From: Adineta vaga
Taxonomy: Eukaryota; Animalia; Rotifera
Length of the DNA: 64,000 bases
Reading direction: 5' to 3'
Assembly (NCBI GenBank): GCA_021613535.1
Contig: CP075495.1
Span: forward strand, 1,550,001-1,614,000
Below the pieces are notes generated by a model, which saw nothing but the letters and a program-made list of their open reading frames with translations, had not been told where the DNA came from and made no database searches. Of this stretch, positions 51,196-62,771 are shown piece after piece. Position 1 is the stretch's first letter. Each line of letters starts with the position of its first letter. A program made the position numbers and the translations under genes.

Positions 51196-53387
51196 ATGGC
51201 CTCATCCAGTGCAGCACCATCCACGCCTATTATTCTTGTACCTAAAGAAAACTTAAGTTCAATAAATGGTGGACAAGCTGTTACTGTAAAACCTACTTAC
51301 AGAAACATATCGGCTTCCTAGTTATAGTGAATTATTCAATACAAATTTAAATGCATTAGGACGTGAAGCAAAAGCATTATTTACATTTCATCCATCGGAA
51401 TGGATTAGTGCATTTCGACCAAATCCAAAATTTCCATTATTCGTTCTTGGTGATATCGATGGATTTGTTGCACTATTTATGAATAATTTAGCAACATTAT
51501 TAGCTGTTATACTTGGTCTTCGACTTGTATTTGAAGATGATATTATCTATGGGAAAATTGTACCCGGGTAAGTTAAAGACAAAAAACTAAAATTATTCAT
51601 TTGGATTGTTTTAGTGTATCTATATCAATGTTATGGGGAAATTTATACTATGTTTATATGGCAAGAAAACTTGCTTATAAAGAAAATCGTGGTGATATAT
51701 GTACAATGCCGTATGGAATTAATACGCCAGGAGCATGTAAGATCATTTCAACTTTTTACTTTATATAAATGGAAAAATTCGTATTTCTAGTTGCATTTAT
51801 ATTCAGTATAATATTACCAACATATTTCGGATGTATCAATGGTAGTAGTGGTCGTGATCGAAGAACTTGTGAAGAATTAGCATGGTATGTGGCATTAGCA
51901 AGTAATTTTACAACGGGTATTATTCTTCTTCTACTATGTATTTTTGGTGAATTTATTCGACGAAATACACCTGGTGTCGCACTTTTATCATCTATATCTG
52001 GCATTGGTTTTACTTATTTAGCATTAAATGAATATTTACCTGTAGCTGCATCACCAATTGTATCATTTCTTCCATTTGCAATTGTCATGCTTGGTTATTT
52101 CTCTGGAGGTAAATCTTATAAAGAGATAATAGTAAATCGAACATGTTTTTCTCTATAAACATATATTTTAGTTAAATTTGGTCCTATTCCAGTTGCTTTT
52201 GTTGCTCTTGTTGTTGGAACTATTCTTGGATGGGCAACACAATTAAATCATGCTAATGAAGTCAAAGCTGCAGCAAACGTTGTTCAACCTTATCCTTTGG
52301 TCTTTCCAATTCAAGCAATGTTTTCACATATTAATGAAATAACTCCTTATCTATCGACAACAATTCCAACAGCTATATCAATCGCTATTGGAACAATTCA
52401 ATGTGTTGAATCAGCTAAACGTGCAGGTGATTTTTATCCAACACGTGAAGCAATGTTTGCTGATGGAATAGGAACATTAATTGCAAGTCTTTTTGGTTCG
52501 ATTCTCGGCATGACAAGTAAGAAAAAACAAACAGAAGATTTTCTCAGATTATTTTCGTATAATTTCTCTTCTTTTAGCATTTATTGGTCATCCAGCATTT
52601 AAAAAAATGGGTGCTAAACAAGCTTATTCAATCGCTAATGGTCTTGCCTTTTTACCTTTATGTTTTTTTGGCATCAATGCTTTACTTTTATCCATCATTG
52701 CAATCGTTTCAGTCAATCCAATTATTGTAAGTGACGTCTATTTTTTTCTTTTCTTTTGTGTTTTCATATGTCAATCTATTTTTACTTTTTTCAAATCAAT
52801 CTTAGATCTTTATTGGTCTTGTTATATGTGCTGATACTCTTGCTATTACACCAAAACGACATTATCCTGCATTTCTTCTCGGTCTTATGCCCATTGTTGC
52901 CGATTGGGCTAAAGGTACAATTATAAGTGGTGTTGCTGATGCTTATACAAAATTTGTTGTTAATCATACAGAATTTAATCCAAATATTACAGCAAATATC
53001 AACGGATTTTCTTATCGTGGTCTTTTGAATTTTTCTGGTGGAAGTCTTCTTCAATGTATATTCTTAACAGCAATATTTATGTATATGATTGATAGGAAAT
53101 TTCTTCGAGCAGCTATTTGGTCCGTATTAGCATCGATATTTGCATTTTTCGGTTTAATTAATGCACCCGGTGTAGGAATTTTAATAAAAAAAGATGACGA
53201 TGGATGGAAATTTACCGTTGCTTATGTGATGCTTGCCGTATTTTTTTGTTGTTTTCATTTTGCTCAAAAACAACGTTGGGTTAAACAACCAGAAACTGAA
53301 CCAGATGATTTATCATCGTTTGAATGGGCAGAATGGAATCGTGAAAGATTATTAGAAGAAAATAATATCAATGAAGAAAATGTTTAA
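51196..53387 (+). CDS. Xanthine/uracil/vitamin C permease-like (NCS2/AzgA-related) transporter of bacterial/fungal type
   Basis: GDIDGFVALFMNNL; YMARKLA..ENR.D...MPYGINTP; IRRNTPGVALLSSISGIG; ESAKRAGDFY...ADGIGT; FIGHPAFKKMGA; about 7 introns. The first-exon junction is uncertain. Confidence 0.82.
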
Positions 53388-53732
53388 ACAAAACTAAACA
53401 TTCTTTTTCTTTTTTTTCTTCCTTTCTTTTTAGAATTTTTTGTTATTTTTATTGAATGATCAATCGAATAAATTTCTTTTTTAGCAAACTAATCGTGTTA
53501 AAATCATTTTATAGTTAGTTGTTTAGTTAACATAGTCTTGCATTTTGATCTTTCCTTCTTGCACAATAATATTGACGTGTATTTCAATGCTTTTTATTTC
53601 ATATTTTTCTCTGATTGAGAAAGAATGAAAGAAAGAAAGAAAGTAATTCGACGAGTTTCTTTTTTTTTCTCGATATAATTGTTCGATTATTGAATTTTTT
53701 TCCTTTCAACCTCTCCATCGATCTTCACAACT

Positions 53733-54956
53733 ATGATGACAACGGGTGACATTCCATCGAATGAATATGGATATGATGAAGTTATATATGAAAGAGATCT
53801 TGCACGATCAGTTCCATTAGATAATTATACTGAAATGTATCCGAGTGATTCCAATGGCGTTGTAGGAACATCAAAAAATGGTACATATAATATTGTTTCA
53901 AAAGATTATGGTGATCATAAAGTAAATTATTATATTCCCAAAGAATATGGAGATGAATATGGTATTTCACAATTGGAAGACATGTCAATTGTTAATGATC
54001 AACCTTTACGAAATCCATCAGGACTTGTTCAACGACGAATGTACCCATCATATGATGAATATGATCAAGATAATGCATTTGAATATGTCGAAGATGTACC
54101 GATGATGACACCGCGTACAGTTGTTAATATATCACAAGGACGACATCCAGGTTCACAAGTAATTACAGAAGTTTATGAGCCATCATTGGTACCAACTGAA
54201 ACAGTTGAATATGTTTATGAAACTCAACCACCACCTATTATTGAAGAACAAATAGAATACGTCGTTGAAGAACCAGTAGTAAGATATTTCAATCCATGTC
54301 AATTATAATTAACGATATATTTCTTTGGATTTTAGTATGTAGAACAGCCACCACCTGTTCCACGTACAATAGTTATTCAACAACCTCCTCCCCCTCCTCC
54401 TCCTGTACAACGTACGATATTCGTTAAACAACCTAGCCCACCACCTCCTCCTCCAGTACAACGTACTATAATCGTTAAACAACCTACCCCACCACCACCA
54501 CCTCCTCCTCCTCCAGTACAACGTACTATAATTGTTCGGGAACCTTCCCCGCCTGCACCTGTTCGTTCACCTCGTCGTAAAATTCTTATACCACGAACTC
54601 CTCCTCCTGAGCCTGCCGTAACAACTCGTCGAACCTTAGTTTTGTCACGATCACCTTCTCCAGATCCTGCTAAATCCTCACGTCGTACACTTGTCTTTCC
54701 CAAATCACCTCCAATTCCAACTTTAAGAAATACGAGCCGTCGTACGGAAGTTATTGAAACATATTCATCTCGAAGAATTCAAGATAAATCAACAGATGAT
54801 CAACCTCCAACATTAATGGAAGTTGTCGCACAAAATCGAGCTAATCGCCGAGGAAGAGTACCAAAACCAAAACGTGAAGTTCATGAAGATAACCTATATG
54901 ATCTACCAACTTATCATCGGAATGTTATTAAAAATGGTTTTATGGTTCATAAATAA
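53733..54956 (+). CDS. Uncharacterised Pro/Val/Tyr-rich low-complexity protein with tandem PPPPVQRTI(I/F)VxxP repeats
   Basis: ORF 53733-54308 joins the downstream Pro-rich exon via an intron at about 54278-54335. Confidence 0.7.
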
Positions 54957-55503
54957 ACGTACGCAAAATGAAGAGAAAAAAAAAGATCTATCTATTTGTA
55001 TTAAATAAAATGTATTTAATTTCTTCTCAACATAATCATAATCTACGATAGATAGAAATACCGTTTTGAATGAAAAAATTATCATCCATATTGATTAAGT
55101 AATCAAACGAAAGACTACATATTCGCATACAATATGAATCATAGTGAAATTTTATCTACTAACATTTTTGTTGAATGAATAGAGATGTATTCATTTCGAT
55201 CAAATTTCTATTGATTTCAAACAAAAATCGATATTTTCTTTCAGAAATATGAGATGTACTTGTATGGAATGAATATACTCAATCATTCTATTTGACATCT
55301 ATCGACTCAATAATCTAAATTGTACATATGTACCATGTGATTATATATATTTGAATCGAAAATTATCAAGTTGATATTACACTAAATGTTTTAATTCAAA
55401 AAGAAAAAAGATTGAAAATATAAACAAAATGTGCTACATTTCAACTATTAGAATTGTATATGATTTCTGTCTTTTATAAGTTGTATATAAATACATATTT
55501 CTA

Positions 55504-56034
55504 TTAATTTTCAGGTGGTGAATGTCTTCCTCCATGTCCATGTCCATGTCCACGACCGCGCCCATGCCCATGTCCGTGTCCGTGTCCGTGTCCATGTTTT
55601 TGCCATTCACCTTGCCATTTCTCGCGTTTATTGCGTTTTACCTGTTGAATAAGTGCCCATGCTTGATCAGCATTAATATTATTATTACCATGAGCAGCTG
55701 TAAAATCTTTTTGAAAATCACTATGTAATTCTTCGATCATTTGCTTTCGTCGTTCTCCAAATCGTCCAGGTGAGTGTTGACGTTCTTGTCCTGAATCATC
55801 TTGATCATTCGATTGTTGATGTTCATGTCGACGTTCCATTTTCTTTGCACGCCATTGATCTTTTACAGCCATGAATAATTCCCAAGTTTGATCAGCTGAA
55901 ATAGGTGAATCTCCATGTCGTTTTCGGTATTCTTCAAGAAATGCTTGTTTGAATTCACCTTCACGTTGTTGACGTTCTTCTTCAGATGGTGGTCCCCATT
56001 TACGACCACCTCCTTCTCGTTTTGATTCAGCCAT
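55504..56034 (-). CDS. Intronless hydrophilic protein (~176 aa) with two helical repeats and a His-Gly-rich tail
   Basis: ATG at 56034 (MAESKREGGG...); two ~35-aa repeats sharing HG...I.ADQ.W.L...VK; tail HGHGHGHGHGHGRGRGHGHGHGGRH. Confidence 0.8.
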   Translation of the reverse strand: MAESKREGGGRKWGPPSEEERQQREGEFKQAFLEEYRKRHGDSPISADQTWELFMAVKDQWRAKKMERRHEHQQSNDQDDSGQERQHSPGRFGERRKQMIEELHSDFQKDFTAAHGNNNINADQAWALIQQVKRNKREKWQGEWQKHGHGHGHGHGHGRGRGHGHGHGGRHSPPEN

Positions 56035-56521
56035 TGATGCTATAGTTATGTAAAGTGCTGGAAGAGTAACTAAATATGTAAAGTTGTCATTCGTCTTTAT
56101 ATACATCACGATAATGAAAATCAACAACGCAATACTCAATGCCTCCGCTTTTCTTTCGTCAAGTGCATTAATTTAACAAAAATATTATTCGAAAATGAAT
56201 CATTAGATGTAACTGTAAGACAGAAAGAAATAGAAAATGTAGGTGAAAGATACAATGTGTATAAATAAAAAAAAATGCACTGAAAAGACATAATTTCGAG
56301 TTAGATAGTATGAATTACTCTTGAGAATGAATAAGAGTAACAATCATCTTTAGTGAAACCTTAAATTGTTCTTTTCGATAAGTATTCAACTCGAAATCAA
56401 AAAATTTGTTCGATTGTCAATTTCCATGCAAAAATTACCAATCATATTTTATTAAGAAATAATTAAAATTGCAAAGAAAGAAAACCTATTCACAATGAAC
56501 TATTTATTCTTCATCTATATT

Positions 56522-58574
56522 CTAAAAATTAAAAGCAATCCAAAAATCAAAACTACTAATTCTTGGATTAAATATCACAAGTTTCTCACTCTTTGATGAA
56601 CTTATTGCTGTTAATGTTCCATCACTAATCACTACTAATGATCGCATAAATTGAAATTTTAAACCTGATCGTATGATTCTATTATCAATTACAAGTGAAA
56701 TCGAAACAATCGAAAGATCATCCATTTTTGTTGGTGTTGGACACATTATTTCATTTAAATCAATCATAATACCTTTGGTTTGTTTATCACCAAATTTACA
56801 AATGATTTTTTTACATATTGCTATTTCAAAACCTAAACCATAAAGTGTTACATTAATCGATTTATCATTTGGACCATAAATTGGTAATATATCCGATATA
56901 TTCATTGTTATATGTGGAGATATTCGATTACATGCTAATGTATAAGATGAATCAATAAAAGAATTCCACTGAGTTTTCCATTTTTGAAAACCTTCAATTT
57001 TTTTCTTTGCTGGAAGTGAACTATATTCAATAGAATTCCATGCAAATTGTTTTAAATCTGCTAAATTTAAACCCCAAGCCATTGTTGCCAGATAAAAATC
57101 GACTGTTAATTGATTATAACCAAAACTTCCCGGATCATCACCAGCTAAAACAATCGGTATTCCACTTCGATGATAAACAATTCCCGGATGATTACGAAGA
57201 TCTGCTACATAACCTGAAGAGAGAAAAAAGGAGAAAATTTTATGAATGATTAAAACAAAAATTGTTTTTTTTCTTCTTACCAAGAATTTGATTACTTGCT
57301 GGACAAACTTCAATAGCAATGTTATGTTCACGAATATATTCATACATATCAGGTCGTTTAGCTAAACTAAGTCCATGACCAATACGATGTGTACGAAGAA
57401 CAAGTGCATCGTAAATATTCTCAAATGTTGAAACACCATCGCCATGATTAGATGGAAGATGTTCTTCTGGCCAATTTGTTTCTCCTGCATGAAATATTAA
57501 TTTAAATGTTCCATTACTATGTTGAGAATAATTAAATGCATGAAGAAGATTTTCACTATGAAACAGAATTGTATAACCTTGATCTTCCTCACCAACCATA
57601 TCATAACCACGAATGAAATCAGGATATAAACGTTGAAGATTAATTAAATTATTTATTTGTATTTTTAATTCTTCTCTCGATGAACGTCGTGAACTATAAA
57701 TAACAAAGAGAAAATCTATTAATTTCGGATGTTTAGATATATAATCTTGTTTAAATTTTAATAAATCATCTAATTCTTTTGTAGCATTGATTCGTTGTTG
57801 TAAACCATTTTCATCGAAATAATATAAATTTCCAAAGAAACCACGACGAAGTTCGACAAATTGAACATTATCTTCAAGTGCTTGATCTAATAATAATTTC
57901 ATATAATTAAATCTTGTGGCATTATGTTTAACTAATGCAGCATAGAATCGAAAAGCACCATTTTGACTTGCTAAATCCCAACGTGCTTCAGTATCCGTTG
58001 GATACAATGGTATTGGAAGATCATTTAACATTCCGGTTAATGTTGTTTTCTTAACAATATTAGAAATTGTCCAATTTGAACCTTTTACTTTTGTCCAACC
58101 AATTGAAATATTTTTTGTAAAGAAATTAAGATAATATTTATTTGTTATACACGATGCTTGATCACATATATATAATAAATCATATTCAGGTGACTGAACA
58201 ATTGATTCAAGAAATACTCTTCGATCAAGTGTTTGAAATTCATGTAAATGTAAATTTCCTCCTTTTGGTAATTGAGTAAGAAATTTATAGAATAAACTAT
58301 TGGTTATATTTGTCATTTCTGATTCGATGGGTCGTGCTGGATAAAAATAATTCTTTGTATTTATAAAATCTTGTGCACGAAGAACTTCTAGATAAAGATT
58401 GACAACTTTTTCTTTTGAACTAAGATTATTTCGTGCTTGAACAGCTCGATCATGTTGTTTGATCTTTTCGCGAGCGAGCATATACGCATATTGATTAAAT
58501 GGTAATGGTAAAGAAATAATATTCGAAAAGAATACAAATAGAATAATTAACAATGAATTCAGTGGAGTTTCCAT
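56522..58574 (-). CDS. Secreted adenosine deaminase (ADA2/CECR1/ADGF family) fused to a C-terminal IPT/TIG domain
   Basis: Signal peptide; LPKGGNLHLH; GYDMVGEED; FHAGET; RIGHG; IEVCPASNQILG; GDDP; then ILPIYGPNDKSINVTLYGLGF...ICKFG...IMCPTP (IPT pattern). One intron at about 57214-57280. Confidence 0.9.
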
Positions 58575-58858
58575 GTGAATCTAAATGAAAGAGAAAATTT
58601 TCCGGTTTGGTCATTAGATTTCTATGTAATCTATTTGAGAAAAGCAAGATAAGAAAGGAACATATAGACACAAGAGAATAATCATTTTACTTTTTCCGAT
58701 CTACGGAAAAGAAAATTACATTCATTAGACTTTATATACGATCGATGTAAAACTTTTATCCTCATACTTATATCATTACCTTTTTCTTATAGAAATGATA
58801 TGTCACTAATATAGATAATTATTTTCCACATGCCTTTGTATATATTTGAATAAGGTCA

Positions 58859-58872
58859 GTTGCCTTGATGAC
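58859..58872. promoter_or_regulatory. RFX X-box-like site GTTGCCTTGATGAC next to an AGGTCA half-site, upstream of the ADA gene
   Basis: Fits RTHNYY-WT-RRNRAC; about 285 bp upstream of ATG 58574. Confidence 0.35.
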
Positions 58873-59349
58873 ACTAAGTGTATTTACATATATATATATA
58901 TGTGTGTATATAATGCCTGAAGAAATAGTAAAATGAGATTTTGTCGAAGAGAGAGAGAGAGAGAGATATGATCATGTCAATGTTTTGATATAACAACCAG
59001 AGGAAATCGAACATCTGGTTTTAGTAGATCAGAAAATCAAATCAGATGCAACAAGTCGTTTTTTCTAAGATCTTATTGACATCAAGATCAAGACATGTCT
59101 GCCATTTGTCATAAGAAGATTCCATTTCGAACATCCAGGTGTTTGTTAATCAACATATTTATCTTTTTACAGATCATATCAATTGATTGTCTATCGGAAG
59201 GAAAATATCGATTTATTTTTCTTATTTCAGCTAACTATATTGATTTTATTTGCTCGACTGATTAGAATACATTAGTACGAATGAATGATTTCAAAAGAAA
59301 GTGTCAGTTAAAATACGTTATTACTTTCGAAAAACATCTTAGTCAACCA

Positions 59350-60327
59350 TCATTGTTTACATTTGGTATTGACATGTGTTTTTGCTCGATTGATTAAAGT
59401 ATTGTCAATTTGTACCCGCTTTTGTGGTTGTTGTTGTTTACGAATGATTTGTAAAAGAAAACGACGGATTGGTTGATTAATATAAATCAACAAGATAACA
59501 TCACATAACATGCTTACGCATGGTAAAATTTGAAAAATACTATCGACAATTGATGCGAGAGAAAAACTTCCACTGAATATCTGTGTTATAAAAAGAGGAA
59601 CCCATCCGGTAACAAAAACTAGGAATGTTACAATCATTGTTTTTAATAAACTTATATCACGTGTATGAGAAACACCACCACCTGTACCTTCAGCATGAAC
59701 ACGTCGACTTGATTGATGAACAAATACAAAAATACGAATATTAAATAATAGAACAATCAAAGCTGGAATGAATAGTGTCGCAAAAAGTGTATAATATGAT
59801 AAGAAAAGATTATCTACTGAACAAGCAAAACTATCAATAAATAAATATGGCATTGCCGCTAGAATGGCAATTAGCCAACCGACAATAAGACAACCAATTA
59901 AAAATATTGTCGAGTGAAAAATATGTTTACTAGCATGTACAATGGTAAAATATCGACTGATAGTAATAACAGCATGTGCGTACATTAATTGACATGTAGG
60001 CATATTTATTAGGAATGCATGGAGACGACAAGGTAGTGCATTACTGGAATCATTTTCAATACGTGTAATACACATAGTTAACATTACAGCACTAAGTAAA
60101 GTACTAACTAAACAAAGATTAATTGTAAACCAATTGAGTTTATTTGTACGGACTGTTGGTTGAGTAAGAATAAGAATTATGTATACGAGATCGAAAAGCA
60201 TTGTCAAAGAGAGTAATACAACTTGAATAAGATCAGGTATTGTATCACGAGACGATTGATTATTTCCATTTGAATTAGTTTGATTGGTTGAAAATGAGAT
60301 ATTGTTATTGTTGCTATTATTTGACAT
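59350..60327 (-). CDS. Intronless orphan rhodopsin-like (class A) GPCR
   Basis: Seven hydrophobic segments; N-glycosylated N-terminus; TM3 Cys and ITISRY (DRY-like); TM6 FVTGWVP. Confidence 0.85.
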   Translation of the reverse strand: MSNNSNNNNISFSTNQTNSNGNNQSSRDTIPDLIQVVLLSLTMLFDLVYIILILTQPTVRTNKLNWFTINLCLVSTLLSAVMLTMCITRIENDSSNALPCRLHAFLINMPTCQLMYAHAVITISRYFTIVHASKHIFHSTIFLIGCLIVGWLIAILAAMPYLFIDSFACSVDNLFLSYYTLFATLFIPALIVLLFNIRIFVFVHQSSRRVHAEGTGGGVSHTRDISLLKTMIVTFLVFVTGWVPLFITQIFSGSFSLASIVDSIFQILPCVSMLCDVILLIYINQPIRRFLLQIIRKQQQPQKRVQIDNTLINRAKTHVNTKCKQ

Positions 60328-60886
60328 TGAAAAATATGATTATTGTTGAACTTCGAATACTCCTTGTTTCTAAAAAAGAATACTACTGATGATGAGCAAG
60401 ATGTGAAAAGAAAAAGAAGAAATTCTAGCAATTAGTCGCTTTTTTTTTCATTGGTAGACAAACAAGAAATGAACTGCGTTATCTCTGCATAACGACATCG
60501 TTCATTCATATATATATATATATTCTATGCATGAAGTAACAGATTACCTGCGGAGTTGTTTCTCATGATAAAAGTACATTAATTTTATGCATAAATGATT
60601 TATGTCGAGTATGAGTTTTGAAATTCATTCAAAAACTTGATACTTAGAAAGATTAATTTTCTAAAAGTACAAAGTATATTAAAATTAATCTTCTTTTGAA
60701 AATCAAGGGATATCATTCTTTTTTTTGTTTTCTGTAGTCAACCATTTGTATAGAATAATTGTTTGAAAATAGAAAAGAATGAATTGTAATTAAGAAGTCT
60801 TTTCTTCTTTTAATGATGTTCGCAAATATATTACAACAGTATTCAAAGAAAAAAAAAAAGAACTAGCGTATAACCATTATACAAGT

Positions 60887-61921
60887 TTATTTCTGTACAC
60901 ATTCGATACGGTCAGAAATGGTGCCAAAAATTCGATCGAATATTCTCGTTTGTTTTCCATAATTCTTTCCACTTTTGCCAAGTCGATGATGTAAATCATG
61001 ATCTTCAATACATAATTCCATACCGAATGGAAGAAGTGCTTCATAAAGAAGAGCATGAGGCCAATAGGCACGTATACCAGAATGACCGGTTGCTTCAATA
61101 TAGATAAGTATACATTGTGCAATCCAAAATTCATGTGCTGTTAGTGGAACAACTAATGAAGCAGCCAAGGGTACTAGAAAAACTTCAATGACTTCTTGAA
61201 TATCACCAGCTAGAATTGATTGAATTGGTGTTGGATGTTTCGTACAATGATGTAAACTATGAATTTTCCATAAGAATGGAATATCATGACATGAACGATG
61301 ATAACAATAGAAGAAAAAATCTAATGCTATTAACCAGACAGCAATTTTAATGATAAAGAGCCATGAAATTGTATGACCAAGTGATGGTGGTTCATAACGA
61401 TTGTATCCTCCAAGAATTAATCCACCACCTGTACGTGCTAATATGTAAATACCTACACTAACAACAAGTCGGGTAACCATTGGATCAGAAACATAATCAC
61501 GAGGTCGTTTATCTTCATCAAAAGTTCCATAATAATCCATATAATAATGAATATGTTTGACCATTACTATCGTATAAGTAAGAAATGCTATAGCATAGAA
61601 TAGATATGTAACCATTGGATGCCAAGTATGATAATAACTGGTTTCCGGTACAAAATGATACCAAAGAGCTTGAAAAATCAATGCGGGTGATATAGCTAAA
61701 ATTAACCAGAAACGTTCCCACCAAAGATTATGCATTGGAGGCGCATCAGGATTTTTCGATTGTACTTCATAGCATTTTTTACTAGCTAGATCAATAGATG
61801 CTACATTTTCCCAAAAATTTCGTTCCCAAAATGATTTTGTTACCCATTTGGATGTTGCTCGAAGTTTATACGTCGTGGATGGTTGATTTTCTATTGACGT
61901 TATCGTCGCTGTTGTTGTCAT
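60887..61921 (-). CDS. Intronless fatty acid hydroxylase / sterol desaturase family protein, fungal-like
   Basis: His boxes YCYHRSCH, IHSLHH, GHSG and EDHDLHH; NYGKQTRIFDRIFGT. Confidence 0.9.
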   Translation of the reverse strand: MTTTATITSIENQPSTTYKLRATSKWVTKSFWERNFWENVASIDLASKKCYEVQSKNPDAPPMHNLWWERFWLILAISPALIFQALWYHFVPETSYYHTWHPMVTYLFYAIAFLTYTIVMVKHIHYYMDYYGTFDEDKRPRDYVSDPMVTRLVVSVGIYILARTGGGLILGGYNRYEPPSLGHTISWLFIIKIAVWLIALDFFFYCYHRSCHDIPFLWKIHSLHHCTKHPTPIQSILAGDIQEVIEVFLVPLAASLVVPLTAHEFWIAQCILIYIEATGHSGIRAYWPHALLYEALLPFGMELCIEDHDLHHRLGKSGKNYGKQTRIFDRIFGTISDRIECVQK

Positions 61922-62771
61922 ATTTGTACGTGTAAAAGAGAATGTAAATGAAATTGTGAGATTTCAAATCTACTATTTATACTATTTCGAAACTGATGAA
62001 TCATTTAAGATCGGTCGTACTTCAGTTAAAAAGTACGAACTTTTGTAAGAACATACGATGGGGAGATTTCTTAGGTTTCTTTTATATTCATTCTTATCTA
62101 TACGTCTATTGTCTTATCATATCTTGTTTTGTTATTGACGTAAGCTTAATATAACTAGTTACATTCTGATTTGCTATATATAAATTAACATAAGAATGAA
62201 ATAATCATAGTCATTTTTTGAATACTCTGCGACTATTAATCAATAAAATCATCGCGAATAGTATCCGTTGATCCTACAGTTGATTCAGTTATACTCGACA
62301 AAGTCAAGAAGAGTATTATGCAAGGTTAATTGATTACAGTACACTTGTTGAGTAATATAAAATAATGATGTGTTTCGTTTTGACTAATTCTTTCTTCACT
62401 CTATTCGTTTCTATGGTGATCGAAGAATCAAGAAGTATGCCGAGCATAGTAAATATTATGATATTTTATCTTGAAAAGAAAATAATATTTTTATCAAATA
62501 AAACTTATGATAAATGAACAACTTAGAAATCAAGAATAATGATAAGACTGCCGTTTTTCTACGATATATTTCATATTTGTTAAAATGATTAGTTTCAAAA
62601 TGAAATGTAATATTGATATTAATCATTTCTATCAAAAATAGAAGGGAATTAATCGACGAAGTTTTATCAACCAGATTTGATAACGAATCTATAGATTTAT
62701 TAGACAATTTATAAGCTCAGTCTTTTTGATTATTTCAATCATTTTTTAAAACGAAAGAAAAAAGCATTGCA

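Noticed and set aside
54309-54703. Gly-rich and Arg/Trp-rich minus-strand ORFs
   Set aside because: Antisense shadows of the Pro-rich gene.
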